NCBI GenBank assembly: GCA_965202585.1
Contig: OZ241833.1
Span: 27,466,001-27,530,000, forward strand
Reading direction: 5' to 3'
Origin: Thalia democratica
Taxonomy: Eukaryota
DNA: 64,000 nucleotides
Positions 1 to 12,500 of this stretch are shown in pieces. The position numbers and the translations under genes were made by a program. The notes under the pieces are model-generated. The model was not told where the DNA came from, ran no database searches, and saw only the letters and a program-made list of their open reading frames with translations. How positions within the stretch are numbered: position 1 is the first letter of the stretch; the number at the start of each line of letters is the position of its first letter.

Positions 1-32
1 ATTCAAATTAAAAAAAAAACCCAATGACTTAC

Positions 33-3000
33 TCAAAATATGATGGTAGTAACTGTATGTTGGCCGCCGCATACTCACAAAACTATAACCGAATCTAATG
101 GGCGCACGATCTTAATAAATAATTAAAAAGTATTAATATTTTCATGTAATAAGTAAGTACCTAAATATGTAATTATTATAAAAGTCATGCAACTGTTAAA
201 AATTTTGCCATGTACTTTGTATTTAACTTTTTATCTTAAATTTATTCAGCAGTTTTTTAATCACATTTGAAAGATTATTAAACCAAAACAACATTTACAC
301 AAACTCTCTGCTGCTAACAATATACCTGTTTTTATTTTGTTTTCTGTGTTTTTCTCAAAGTAATCACCAAAACTGTACGTATATGCACCTGAGTCTGTAT
401 GTTAAAACAACAAATAAAAGTAAAACTTTTTTTATGATTAATATAGAGTAAATTTTACAGAGAAGTTTGGAACCAGAAATATGTAAAAACAAAATAACTT
501 TCAACATATTAAATTTCGTAACTTTAAGAAAAACCTTGAAGCTTTATACAAAAGTTGTTTTCTTGTCTTTCAGTATAAAAAAGTGTAAAAAAAGATAACA
601 GTTTAAATTTTGTAACATAAAAGTTCATAATGTTCCAGTAAAAACTAACTAACTCAAAATACTGTTCCAATTTCTATAACTTCTACTAGAATATCCAACT
701 AAGTTTCGAGCAAAATGACGAAGATTGTAATCTAAAATGTTTTCATTTAAAGTTTACAAGTCAGTTAATACTGATAAATTACTTTTCGTAGTATAAAAGA
801 AATACTTATTCTTTCTACCAAAAGCTTTCATTATTTTTTCTAGTTCACTGAAAATAAAGTTTAAAAAAAGAAGGTTTTTTTTGATAATAGTTTAAATTCT
901 AAAAATATAGCTTTTGTAAGTTGGCTTGACAAATTTTTAATTAAACCTGACAAGTAGACAAATAAAAAAACATATATTACTAAATTTTAGCCTTTTGATT
1001 CTAACCTGTTTTTTCGTAATTTTTATTTATATAATTACTATCTAAAGTCGTATGAGATCCATCGTCAAACCTGTAAGCATGCTGAGCTAAATCTGTAATT
1101 TATAAATAATATGATAATAAAATAATAAACAATGATAACTATTAGTAATTCTTTATGTTTTTATGTTTTTCAAACATTTTGAACAAATATAAGCCGAAAG
1201 TCAATAGTTAAAAACATAATGTTTTGGAAAGTTTTTAATCTTGAAACACTTCAAATAATGTTTTTAACTAATACAACTTTACAATATTTTATTTATAAAT
1301 AAAGTATTATATTTTCTTTATTTTCTTACAGTTCTCAAAGTATTTGTGAAATAACTTAAGTTAACTATAGAATTATGTTAGTTTTTAATGAGTCGAAAGA
1401 ACAGTTAAGCAGTAAAGTAAAAAACTAGTAATAAAAGTTTTAATAAAAAGTTAAACAACACATTAAACAACTAATAAATCAAAGTTGTTCTTGCACATAC
1501 TTTTATCCTTAAACAATTCATCTACTTTTCTGTTATTTTTTAGGGTTTCCTTAAGATAGTCACCAAAACTGTAGGCATATTTACCTGAATCTGTACAAAG
1601 AAAGTTTATTGAATTAAGTTAAATACTAGACATGGTTACCAAAATTGTTTTTTAATATATTAAACTGTTTAACTTTAACATACGGTTAAAAGTGTTTTAC
1701 AACTTATTTTCTCGCCTAAATACTGTAAATTTTGTAAAAATAATAAAAGTTTTCATACGTTTTGTGACAAAAAGTTTATCATTATATCTATATAAAGTAA
1801 CTCATATTTAAAAAATTAAAATTAAAGCTTAATTGATTTTCACTTGTTTTACTTCGTATATATAACGTAATATTTTTAGAAATATTCAATTCAAGCCTTA
1901 ACTTTTAAATAGAAATTAAACTTTGAATAAAGTCAAATGATTTTAAATAGAGATGCAAGATAAACCTTTTTTTATCATGTTATAGTTTTAGCTAGTTGAA
2001 AATTATCAACACTAACTTAGAATTTCGTTATATTTTTCTATCATTTTCTGAGAAAGACTCAAGTAATTAGCAGCAAGCTTTGTATGATTTATAGCTAAAA
2101 AATGTTACTTGGTAAATTTCAAAAGTAACTAGTTTTGTATTAGATTTTTTTATTTTTAGGTTTAATTTAAAAAAAAGGTACAGTTAAAAATAAATAAAAT
2201 TCTGAAAAAAAAAGCTAAAATATATTTATAACAATATACTATTTGTTGTTGACATCTATTCTAAGATAATAAAGTTGTTATCAAATACTTCAAAATCTGC
2301 TAAAATTATACAAGTTGTTTAAATGAATAAAATAATTTTATTAATAAATTTATACAAAACTTTTATAATGTGTTTGAATAAAAGTTACGAAACAGCTGAA
2401 TTCATTACTTACCATCTGAACATTTCTTTAGTGCTGGCTTTTTAATACAAATCTCATACTTCAATTTTGCTGATGTTAGTTGCGTTATTTCATTGGTAAG
2501 TTGATTCAAACTTTTGCTATAGTAATCGATATCACCGTTGCAAGTGTTTTTAAGCTTGTTTAAATCCTTGGAGCATATTGATGACGTATAATCTAACAAA
2601 AGTGTTCTACTGAAAAATAACTATATGTTTTAAGTAAATTTATCAAATACTTTTTAAAGGTTTATCTAATTATAGTTGCATATACTAGAATGATCCTAAA
2701 CTAGTTTAAGTAATTATTCTATTTTTTAACATTAAAACCAACCTATATGCTTCGTTTGTACAGATGAAATTGATCTGTAACAATAAACTGAAGTTAAAGA
2801 GCTAAATAGCTTAAACTAAATTGCTTTTATTTAATTTTTTTTAACTAAAACTTCGCATAACAACCTGAGAAAGTTTTCTTAAAATTTTTGTACAAAAATT
2901 TCTAAACGCATACTAATAATAAATTACTAATATGTTTTAATATATACTTTAAACCAAAACTAACTTTTATTTAATTAAACGTTTTAATGCTTTTAAGTTT

Positions 3001-3708
3001 ATTTTTAGATTAAAGTATTTTATATGAAAATTTTAAAAGATAAAATATATTTAAACGTCTACTTGTAAATAAAAAATTATTTTAAATAATTTGCTTGTAA
3101 CATAAAAATTTAATTTAGGAAAGTTAACTAACTGTAAAACAAAAATTGCTAAGAAATATTTAAATAAATTTTTTGCCATCATTATAGCAACAGTTTGTTT
3201 TGACTAAAAAATAATTTAGTTTAACTTTAGCGAATTTAAAACGTAGGATAATATTTTATATAAATAGGTGGTTTTGTTTATTAATTAAAAAAAAATCTTT
3301 GGTTACTATTATTTATACTTTAGGAATTCGAAATTCACTGGCATAAAAATCAACGGAATTATTTTAGCTATAAAGTGCCATGAATTTTGAAAAAAAAAGC
3401 GTTTCCAAGTTGTTAAACTTATGCTTGAAAAAGTCAAATGTTTTTAAAGAACAAATAAATACATTTTTATTCAAATTTAAAATTGAATTAGTTCAACAAA
3501 ATATAAAACAAACATTTTTTTGATTTAAAAACAAAACTCTTTATTCTTAGTTAGACGCGAAAACAACTGTTGAGCCTATCAAAAAATAAATATTTCAACA
3601 AAAATTACGTTAACGATAACTTATCTAAAGTAGCAAAAATTTAAAATTTTCTGAGTTAAACAAAAAACTGTTCTTACCAACTTCATAATGTATGTATGTA
3701 GAATACCA
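33..3708 (-). CDS. Unknown protein built from short exons (partial; continues left of window): 3708-3678, 3367-3319, 2774-2743, 2592-2413, 1590-1501, 1092-1039, 731-663, 394-326, 110-33
   Basis: Nine AG/GT-bounded segments with compatible phases give one open frame. Donors include GTAAGT, GTATGT and GTAAGA. Two exons are paralogous (DSGKYAYSFGDY / xSGAYTYSFGDY). Only the 180-nt exon appears in the ORF track. Confidence 0.7.
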
Positions 3709-4632
3709 CTTAAAACATAAAATAATTATCACTAATATTTTAATCAAAGCATATCATTACTAAACTTTAACAAATGTTATGAGTATCTGATGTTTTTAGA
3801 TTGTTATTGAAATTAAAACTATTTATAAAACGATTTGACTTGAGTTTTACTAAAAATTAAAAACTAAAACTAATTAAAAAAAAAAGGAGACTAAAAATTA
3901 TGAACTTTAAAAGTATCATAAGCTGTATCATCTAGAAAATAAAAGTTTACATAAGTAAATTAATTAAATTGGTATAAACTTTATAAGTTTTAAAGTAAAA
4001 CAACTTACGAACAACTTTTTTATAGTAGATTTTGTACAGCAAATAAAAAAGTTTGATCATTACTATACGTTATACGTTTTGTTTTTTGTTATTGATTATA
4101 CGTTTTAAATGAACAAAGTATATTTTATTTCTATTGATTAAACTTAGTAATTGAAAACTTCCAATATACTCATTTTAGACTTATTTTGTCGTGTGATCAA
4201 TAATTTTAAGTTTTTTATGTATATTGAAGTTAACAAAACGCGTCGGAATATCAATTTATCTTTTAACGGAAAAGCATGGAGTTACTTTTCAGAAATTTCA
4301 ATGAAATTAGCAGACCTCTGTTGGGAAAATAGTTTAAACACGTATTCACTTAAAATTGTAATTCACTTAAATGCCATTTACCATTATTAGACAATAAATT
4401 AACAATGGTAAAGTAATAAACAATTTGTCAGAGCACGCTTCAACTTTCATGTAGAAAACCATTTTTTACATGTGCTATTTATTGCCAAAAAAATGAGACA
4501 CAAAACGAAAGCAGGAAACTATCAATATACATGAAACTAAACAGAAGTAATGGAACAAAATTAAGTTCAGGACTATTTCAAACATAATCAACCTAAACGT
4601 GACAAGCAAAACAATGTTATAATAACAAATGT

Positions 4633-5534
4633 TTATTCAAATTTGCGAAATATTTTTGTCCATTCCCTGCAAACCCTGTCGTGCTAAATGCAAACTTTCA
4701 TGAAAAGATCCGCAATTTCACCCACCATAGGATCAACAGGATTGCAGTCGACGAAAAGAGTTGACAGCAGGTTTAATGAGTAATGAAGACCACTGCAGTT
4801 ATGTCAGACGAGTAGGAGTTTTAGAACTCTTTGAGCTCGATTTTTAGCCTTTCCACTGCTGTTTTTCTTGGTTTTCACTCAAAATATTTGTGTTAATTTT
4901 ATTTTCTCCTGTAGATTTTTTTGTAAATTTTCATTTTCAACTACACTTTTCAACGGTTTAAGTGACAAAATATTATTTTTGCAAGCATTTCTGCAGGAGT
5001 TTGGCTGAGTTTCAGACGGTTTCTCTGCCGAAACACTGGGCTTTTTCAAAATGGTGTAACTATCAAGCATTTCTAATAGCAAAATCAAAACACTAACCAT
5101 ACATCAGCTAGAATCCATTTACAATCCATAATCCAACCTATACCAAACTGAGACTTGAATTTGCTGTCGAAAACCCGGTGGACAACCGTAAACTTCGGAG
5201 GACAAAAAGGATATCTATCAGGAAAAATGCTGTCAAAGAAGATCGTCAAGTCTTCGTAAAATGTTCCCTGCTTTCCGACAATAGCTACCTGCCACTACTG
5301 AATGTTGTTTCCTTTGAGGTAAGCGCTAATGCAGTCAGGACACAGCTGCAACATCTAAGCAAGCTGCTTTCTCAGTCTGCCCAACGCAACCGAGTTTCTT
5401 CCGTTTTTCGAGGTTTCTGGCGGTTTCCAAATTGATTGAGTGAACACTCGGTAAGGTTTGATCCGGAATCCTACTTGTTTGCTTACAGTTGATCCCGAAA
5501 TATTATGTTGAGGGTTTGTTGAATCCCTTCTTCT
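4633..5534 (-). pseudogene. Intronless decayed E2 ubiquitin-conjugating enzyme, UBE2E/UBE2D-like (probable retrocopy)
   Basis: Hand translation: RLRKQLA*MLQ..NNIQ*WQVAIVG..TFYE..FPDRYPFCPPKF, then a frameshift near 5100 to VSVLILLLEMLD, a linker with two TGA stops, and VDCNPVDPMVGEIA..*HDRVCREWTK. Closely parallels UBE2E (KELAEI, DNIYEW, YPFKPPK, DCNPADPLVGSIA, EHDRMARQWTK). HPN motif and catalytic Cys are not recognisable. Confidence 0.85.
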
Positions 5535-6701
5535 TTAGGTGAATATGGAGACATTTTACTGATAAACTTAACTTATAAACTATAAGAAAATCATGTTGGT
5601 TATTTAACTTAACTTTTTTTGCAGTTTATTTTAAACGATTTAAATTTCAAAACTGCTCTAATATTGAGTAATAAGCTTTGTAATGTTTTAGAAGTAATGT
5701 TTTTTAATTTTAAATACACAGTGAACTTTGATCTAAACAAATATATTTTCGTACTAAATCTCTATCAATGTGATAAAATTATTAAATAGAATCATTAACA
5801 ATCTCGATACAAAGTTATATACATTATTAAATTTGTAGACCCTTTTAAGTTATTTTAGTTCTCGCAAAATACTTTATAAAAAGATTAAAATGGGCATTTT
5901 ATTTTAAAATAATTGACAAAATTATTTTATTCCTCAGTGAATATCGATAAGAATTTTTTTTTATTGATTAAGCACGAAGACCATAGTTAAAGACCATAAT
6001 TTTTAAATTAAAAATGGACAACATCTTAAAATTTTTAAGTTTATATAAAAAAACAAAGACATTAAGAAATAAAATTATTTCATTGAAGAATATTTAAACT
6101 AAGTTAATTAAATTTTTTTTTTCGAGATATATTTCGAGGAATAAAAAAAACCTAAGTGTCCGAATTTTTCTATGGGCTCTTACACTAACCAAATAAAACC
6201 AGACTCAAAATAAAATCTTTTTTATTTAGCTATTTAAATCTGTAAAAAATGTGCTTTAAAACCAATGAACAAAGCAATTATTATGTTTTGAAATGTTAAA
6301 GTTAACAAAAATGACTTAAATTTCTTCTTATTTTAGAATTATTGTCGTTAAAAAATCTATAATAAAAAAAATAGCTAAAAGAACTAAATGGACAGACATT
6401 GAAGCTTAGAATACAAAAAAAAAAGTAACAAAAAATGTTAAAACTTTATGGTAGTGAAATAAATGTATCTTATTTTGTAGATTTGTTTTTGTTATTTATA
6501 TATCTTACATATTAGGCTACTAATATGTGTTGTTCGAAAGTTTAAAGTTTTTTTAGATATAAATATCTCATAGTTAAATGCTATCGAACAGCACATGTTA
6601 TATATCTTATTTTAATTTATAAGTTAGATTTCGACTAACATAAAAAAAATCTGAAAAACCTTGAACAGTTATAAAAGTTGTAAGATAATAATTAGACTTA
6701 C

Positions 6702-7199
6702 CTGAACTATCTATTTCTACAAGGAAGAAAAATATTCGTTCAAAAGTGATTGAACATACCTAACAGTTTTTGTAGACCTTGATTATTTCTAACTTAAGCA
6801 AATATCGTCATTCTATATTTTATGTCTGTTTCATGTTGACATTTCAAAAACATTAACTTAAAAATTTGAAAACATATATTTAAACAAATTATGAATAAGT
6901 TAATGAAAAAAAAATTATTGCTGTTTCTTTGATAGAATCTTTTAACGGATTAGAATTTACAATAACTAAAATTTGCTAAATACAATTAAGTCTCTCATTT
7001 AGTTTTTATTTTGTAAACATAAATACGTTTCTTAAAAAAAAAACTCTATAAATGAAATAATCAGAGAAATAATTACTCTTAATATTGACAATTAAAAAGA
7101 TAATCAAAAAACAAGTTTAACAGACCCTTGTTAGTTGCTATTTTGTTTGACTACCAGAGATAAATATATCACTTGTGGGAATTTCTGTCGCGCTGGAAA
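6702..7199 (-). CDS. Candidate upstream microexons of the left-hand gene (7199-7155, 6716-6702)
   Basis: AG/GT-bounded, phase 1-1, open (SSATEIPTSDIFIS; IDSS); linkage to the 3708 exon is not resolved. Confidence 0.3.
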
Positions 7200-8894
7200 C
7201 TATAACTCTTAAATTTGGATGCATGTTTAAAAAAAAAATTAACTTGAAATATTTGAAACTTGAAACACTTTGAAACATAAAACACTTTATTACTGGAAAA
7301 AAGTATGTGCATTTAAAAACTTTGAGTTATGATTTTTATGTAAAAACAAAAATATATTTAAAAAAGATGTTTTATGAAGTGCTATTTATATAGTCTAATT
7401 CTGACAAAAAAGTAAACAAGATTTAATAAATCAAAAAAAGTTCTTACAAAAAGAACATCATTACCTACCAACATGTTTATGGTAACAAATTTGTGTAAGC
7501 TTTTTAAGGTTCATATTTGTTTAAAGTAACTGCACAATTGGATTATTCTTAAATAGTTTTTCTTGTTGCAGTTGTTGATACTAGCTTGAGAAATTAAAAT
7601 ATAAAACTTTTACACTCTTTGTGATTTTCAATTTAAGATGTTGTTGCATTAAGTATTAAGCAAATGGCATCTTACCAAACCTTTTTGTTTCTTAGATTTA
7701 TATATAACTTTTCAAGGCCATAAGTGAAGGGTAGTTTCTTTTATTTTGGTAATTATTTAAAATTTAAAATTTTAAACCATAAAAAACTTTTTGTAAAACA
7801 TAAACAATTAGATGTAACTAGTTTAATAAAGGTTTTCATATACAAATATGTTATGAAGAATTTTTTCAAAGCAGATTTTCTCAAAATTTTAAATACATTA
7901 CTGAAAATTTATATTCTTCCTTATTCTTTCTTATTTTTTAACAACTACCCTCAAAAAATCATGAAGTATTCCATCCATTATAATGACCAAAAACTAAAAA
8001 TACAAAAAGTAAAAAGTTATAACATTTTTTTTAGAAAAAATACACCTGTACTAAAAAATAAATATTATATATTATTTTTCATTATTTAGTTTAATTTAAA
8101 CTCAGAAAGTTTCATAAAAATTATTACTTAAAAACTGTAAAAGAAAGATTTTTAATGATATATTATTTCTTTGCCTTTTGAGTTTGGTCTTTTCATAAGA
8201 AACCTATTAAATTTTCTGTATTTGTACTTAAAAAATACATAAACAGCTACTGCTTGAAATAGATATATGAGCTCAGTTTGCAAAAAAAATGCCTTTCCCC
8301 CCCTATGATATTAATTTAATAAATATTTTTTATAACCAATGAAATGTGAAAGTTGTTAAAAACTTAACTCTTTATAATGTCAGCTATAAATTGATACAGT
8401 AACTAGTCTAAAAGTTTTGTGTACAAAATATTATTATTTTTTTTATTGAAAGTAATTTTAGTTATTCATTTAGGTTTGTATTTTTATCATCTATGTTAGG
8501 GTAAGTGATACTATTTATAAAACATTGATAATGTAAATTTATTTTTAAATTTTAATAATTTTATTGAATGGATAGAAATTTGATTTACATAAAATGTTTT
8601 TGTAAGGAAAATATTTTCTTAGAAACAAATAAAATACTTTCATGATGTTAATATCAAAAACTTACATTTATAAAATTATAAATAGTCCTAATTTTGGTTG
8701 ACATAGTTTACCTACATCTGCTGACAAATGTGTATTGAAGAGCTGAATATTTGTGTATTTTGCAAAATACTAAGGATACTATTTTTTCTTTCTAACTAGT
8801 GTATGTAAAACACAAAGGTGGGTATAGTACAAAAATCTGACAATTTGTCTATTCATTGGAATTTTGCAGGCATCAATACAATTTAATTTGCTTT

Positions 8895-8934
8895 AACACT
8901 GTGTATAGCAATACTATTTGCTATACACAGTGTT
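8895..8934. repeat. Perfect 17-bp inverted repeat with 6-nt spacer
   Basis: AACACTGTGTATAGCAA tactat TTGCTATACACAGTGTT. Confidence 0.95.
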
Positions 8935-9513
8935 TTAACTTCTTGTTTGCTATAGTAAAAATGAGCTTTTTTGATAAGATGAGTATGTGTCTCCTATGTT
9001 AATAATACAGCAAAAGATAAAGTAGTGTTTTTTCATTCTATCAAGTTAACCAAGTACATAAAAAGTATGCTGTTTATTAAGTATTTAATTACACTAAATA
9101 GTCAGGTAAGCATAACAATTTTTCAAACCTTTTTATACATTTTTATTAGTTTGGTTTTCAAGCACAGCTTTTACTCGTATATAAAAAGTTAGTTTTTAGT
9201 TTAAGTTGTTTATATTACAGACAGATAGATAGGTAAAACAATTCTAAATTTATTTAGTTTAAAATTATATAAGTTTCATTTTAATATTCTGAATTTGTTT
9301 AGACAAAACAAATGTTTTTAAAACTAAACTTTGAAACATTTATTGCTTTGGTTTTGTTGAATTAACATACTACATATAATATTTTATGCTTTTCAAAAAG
9401 TTTTTATAAATAAATGCTTACTTCAGAATTAAAATTTGAAATTTGTTTTATAAATGTTAAATCTTATTCTTAGATTATTAAGTAAGTTTGCTGTAATATT
9501 TATGGATTAAAAA

Positions 9514-9597
9514 ATGCCCAAAAGTGCCAAGAAAAAAGGCAAGGTAAGGGAGTCTAAAATACCCAAGACAGATCTAGCAACGGTTTCAATTTCTGAG
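9514..9597 (+). CDS. SPAG17: SPAG17 exon 1 (MPKSAKKKGK...SISE)
   Basis: ATG at 9514, Lys-rich N-terminus like MAPKKEKG, GTAATT donor, phase 0. Confidence 0.75.
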
Positions 9598-12500
9598 GTA
9601 ATTCAAATAAAGTTTTAACAATATTGTATTTTTAGATGTTTATACTTTTAACTTTTTACTGATGTTTATAGATGTTTTTTACTGATGTTTTTCGATGTTT
9701 ATACTTTTAATATTTTTTGTTTTAACTTTAAACTAAGAATTAAAATAATGAAACTTTGTTTAAACTTTTAACCGTGTATTTTGAGTGAAAATACACTTTA
9801 CAACAGCATACTATACAACTTTTATATCTTTTTGTTTTATTAAATACTTAAAAACCTGTTTCAAATGAAAAATTCAAAACACAAATTTTAGTAAATTAGA
9901 AGAATATATGTTTGATGGATTTTTGTAATAGCTTTAAGTTAATATAGAATTTTTTATTCAAAAACATAGTTTTTTTTATGTTTACCAAGTATTTTTCAGA
10001 CATACTGTTGTGAAATAGTACACATAGTTTTACATATTGTTAAAATTTATATTTTTGTTAAAAAACTTTTGGCAATACATGATTTAGTTGTTGTTAGTTT
10101 AAGAAAGTTATAAAAAGTTCCTTCTAGATTTAAAAAAGTGTTTATTGATAATAAATTTTAATTAGAAAACACATATAAATCAATTAAAAAAAACACTTTG
10201 AAATTACTTTCTTAATTTTTCAGGATTGGAATGTAAATATTCAATTGCTAGTAGAAAATCAAATAGAAGATGTTGAACACATTAAGGTTCTCACAAATGC
10301 CATTCGTGTTCCCCTTAGAAGAAAGTTTAGTATTTTGATAAAAGATGAACTTATGGCAAAGGTTTTATTTTTTATGATGATTACTAAGCTTGATTTTTTT
10401 TTAAGAATTGTTGTATGGATCATTGACTATTAATTATTTTTTATTTTTGAATTCAGCGCTTCTTTACAAAGTTATAAATGTTTATCTGGTGTGAAAAAAA
10501 TGTTTGTTAAAATTGTTTTAAAGAAATTTAAAGTAAAGAAACATGAAATTTTAAACCAATAGTTTTTAGTTACATAAGTAAAATTAATTCATGTAGTGTA
10601 TAAAGTTTTAAAACTTTGAAAAATACAAATCAGTTACGTAATTTTTCTCATATGAATAAGGTATATAGTAAGAGCTAAAAACATACTTTGTTACGTTGTA
10701 ACTGTATGAAAACTAAAATGATTATCTATCATAGTTATTAGGTGATACATACAGAAAATTTTGTTGTACGCAAATTTCTATAATTTGTTTCAAATATAGC
10801 CAAATGAATCCTAAAGATATATGAGTAATCAATTACTGATGAATTATTAGAGTACTTTAAAGCTAGTTTTACTAATACTTGTAGTTTTTGAATTGTAATA
10901 AAACAAATTAAAACAAAGGTCAGAGAGTTTGGCGACACAAAAAATAAGAAGGGCCAGAAGCAGCAGGTGCCGCACTCGGACGTCCTTGAGGGGATTCACC
11001 ACTGTATGGAGAAAGGGGAGGAGGTGCCTGTCGTTCTGTGGGCGAAATTGCTGAAAATCGGCCTGCTGGAGATCAAGAGCGAGCATTACAAGCCCAGCTC
11101 AACAGTTGAAGACAGCAACTCAAGCAGAAATTTGGGTGTGTTTCGGATGATTTTTCGTATCTAATACTACTTTAGTTATTTTATCAAATTTTTTTTGTAA
11201 ATATGTTCTAAAATGGTGTAAAAAAGAAAGTCTAATTAAATTTTAAACAAAATCTAAAAAATCTTTTTTTTAGCAAATATTTTAATAAATCGTACTTGTT
11301 CTTATTTAGTAAGTCTAAACAAAGTTCAAAATTCTTATATAAAGGTAAATATACAACTATAGGCATTTTTAATAAATTTATCTCTTTTGTAAAAAAACTA
11401 GTAACAAAATAATATAGCATTCCTTGTTTTCCAACAAAAGTAACTGTGAATATGTTTTTTGATGATTTTTATAAAACTTGTGCATAGTTTAACTCTGTGT
11501 TTCTTAAAGTGTCTACATATTCACAGAAGTATGTTCTCTTTAGAGCTGTTAAAATATTTTTCAAATTATCTATAGTTATACATACTTTCTTTTTGTTGAA
11601 ACTTAGTTTTTAATAGTTTTTTCAAGTTCTAATATTTTTATACTAATAAACATTACTTAATAATAATTAAGCTTTTGTGTGAAATAAGCAAAAACTTTTA
11701 CTTTGATCAGTGCAATATGCTTATTCACATGCTGTGTACAGCTATCAAAAATTTTGAGTACCACTAGTTCGACTCTTTTATACATTAACATTATATGAGT
11801 TGTTAAGGACAACTATTTATCTCTAGCTTTTTTTTATTAGATGTATATTTCCAGCAGGCAAGAAAGGAGGTAGGAAGTCGGCCGGTAAGTCGAGGAAGTC
11901 GAACGCTCCACTGGTGCCAAAACAAGCAGACAGCAAGCAGATGAAGGAGTGGAGCGGTTTGAAGAAGAGAACTGAAGAACAAGTTGCAGTGGCATTCATC
12001 GGTTCGTTTGACAACCTGTAATTACTTTTTTTACATGTATATAGTACAACCTCGTGCCAATAAAATCACTTCTTTTTTCAAAGATATGAAAATATGATGA
12101 AAAGAAGTGAGTTCAATGGTGTTTTGTGTGTTTGGTAATATAATTTTTTATTTGGTTTTGAGTTATTGAAAAGAAACAATACTTGCTCAAGTTTTCAATT
12201 AAAAAAATTGATAAATATATATTCTTTTTATTTTTAATTTCAAAAATAATTGGTGAATACACTTATGAGAAAGTTGTGTTTTTTAATAGTTTATAACTTC
12301 TAGTTTGTTTCTTAACAAAAATAAATTCATCTGTTTTAAATTGTCAATTTGTGGTAAATTAAAAGGTGTATTATGTTCAAGTTAAAGCCCAAATCAATTT
12401 TCTCTTATCTAAATTTTTTATGAACTAAACATCGGGTAAAAAGTGTTGACATTGAAGTATAATTTTAGCTACAGTTAATTTATTTTAGTGACAATTATAA

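Noticed and set aside
326-1590. YSFG motifs resembling allatostatin-A (Y/FxFGL-amide)
   Set aside because: No Gly plus dibasic processing sites follow; the next residue is Asp
7724-8089. 121-aa ORF
   Set aside because: F/K/I/N-rich translation of AT-rich non-coding DNA
8946-8959. X-box-like TTTGCTATAGTAAA upstream of SPAG17
   Set aside because: Lacks the outer G and C of the consensus
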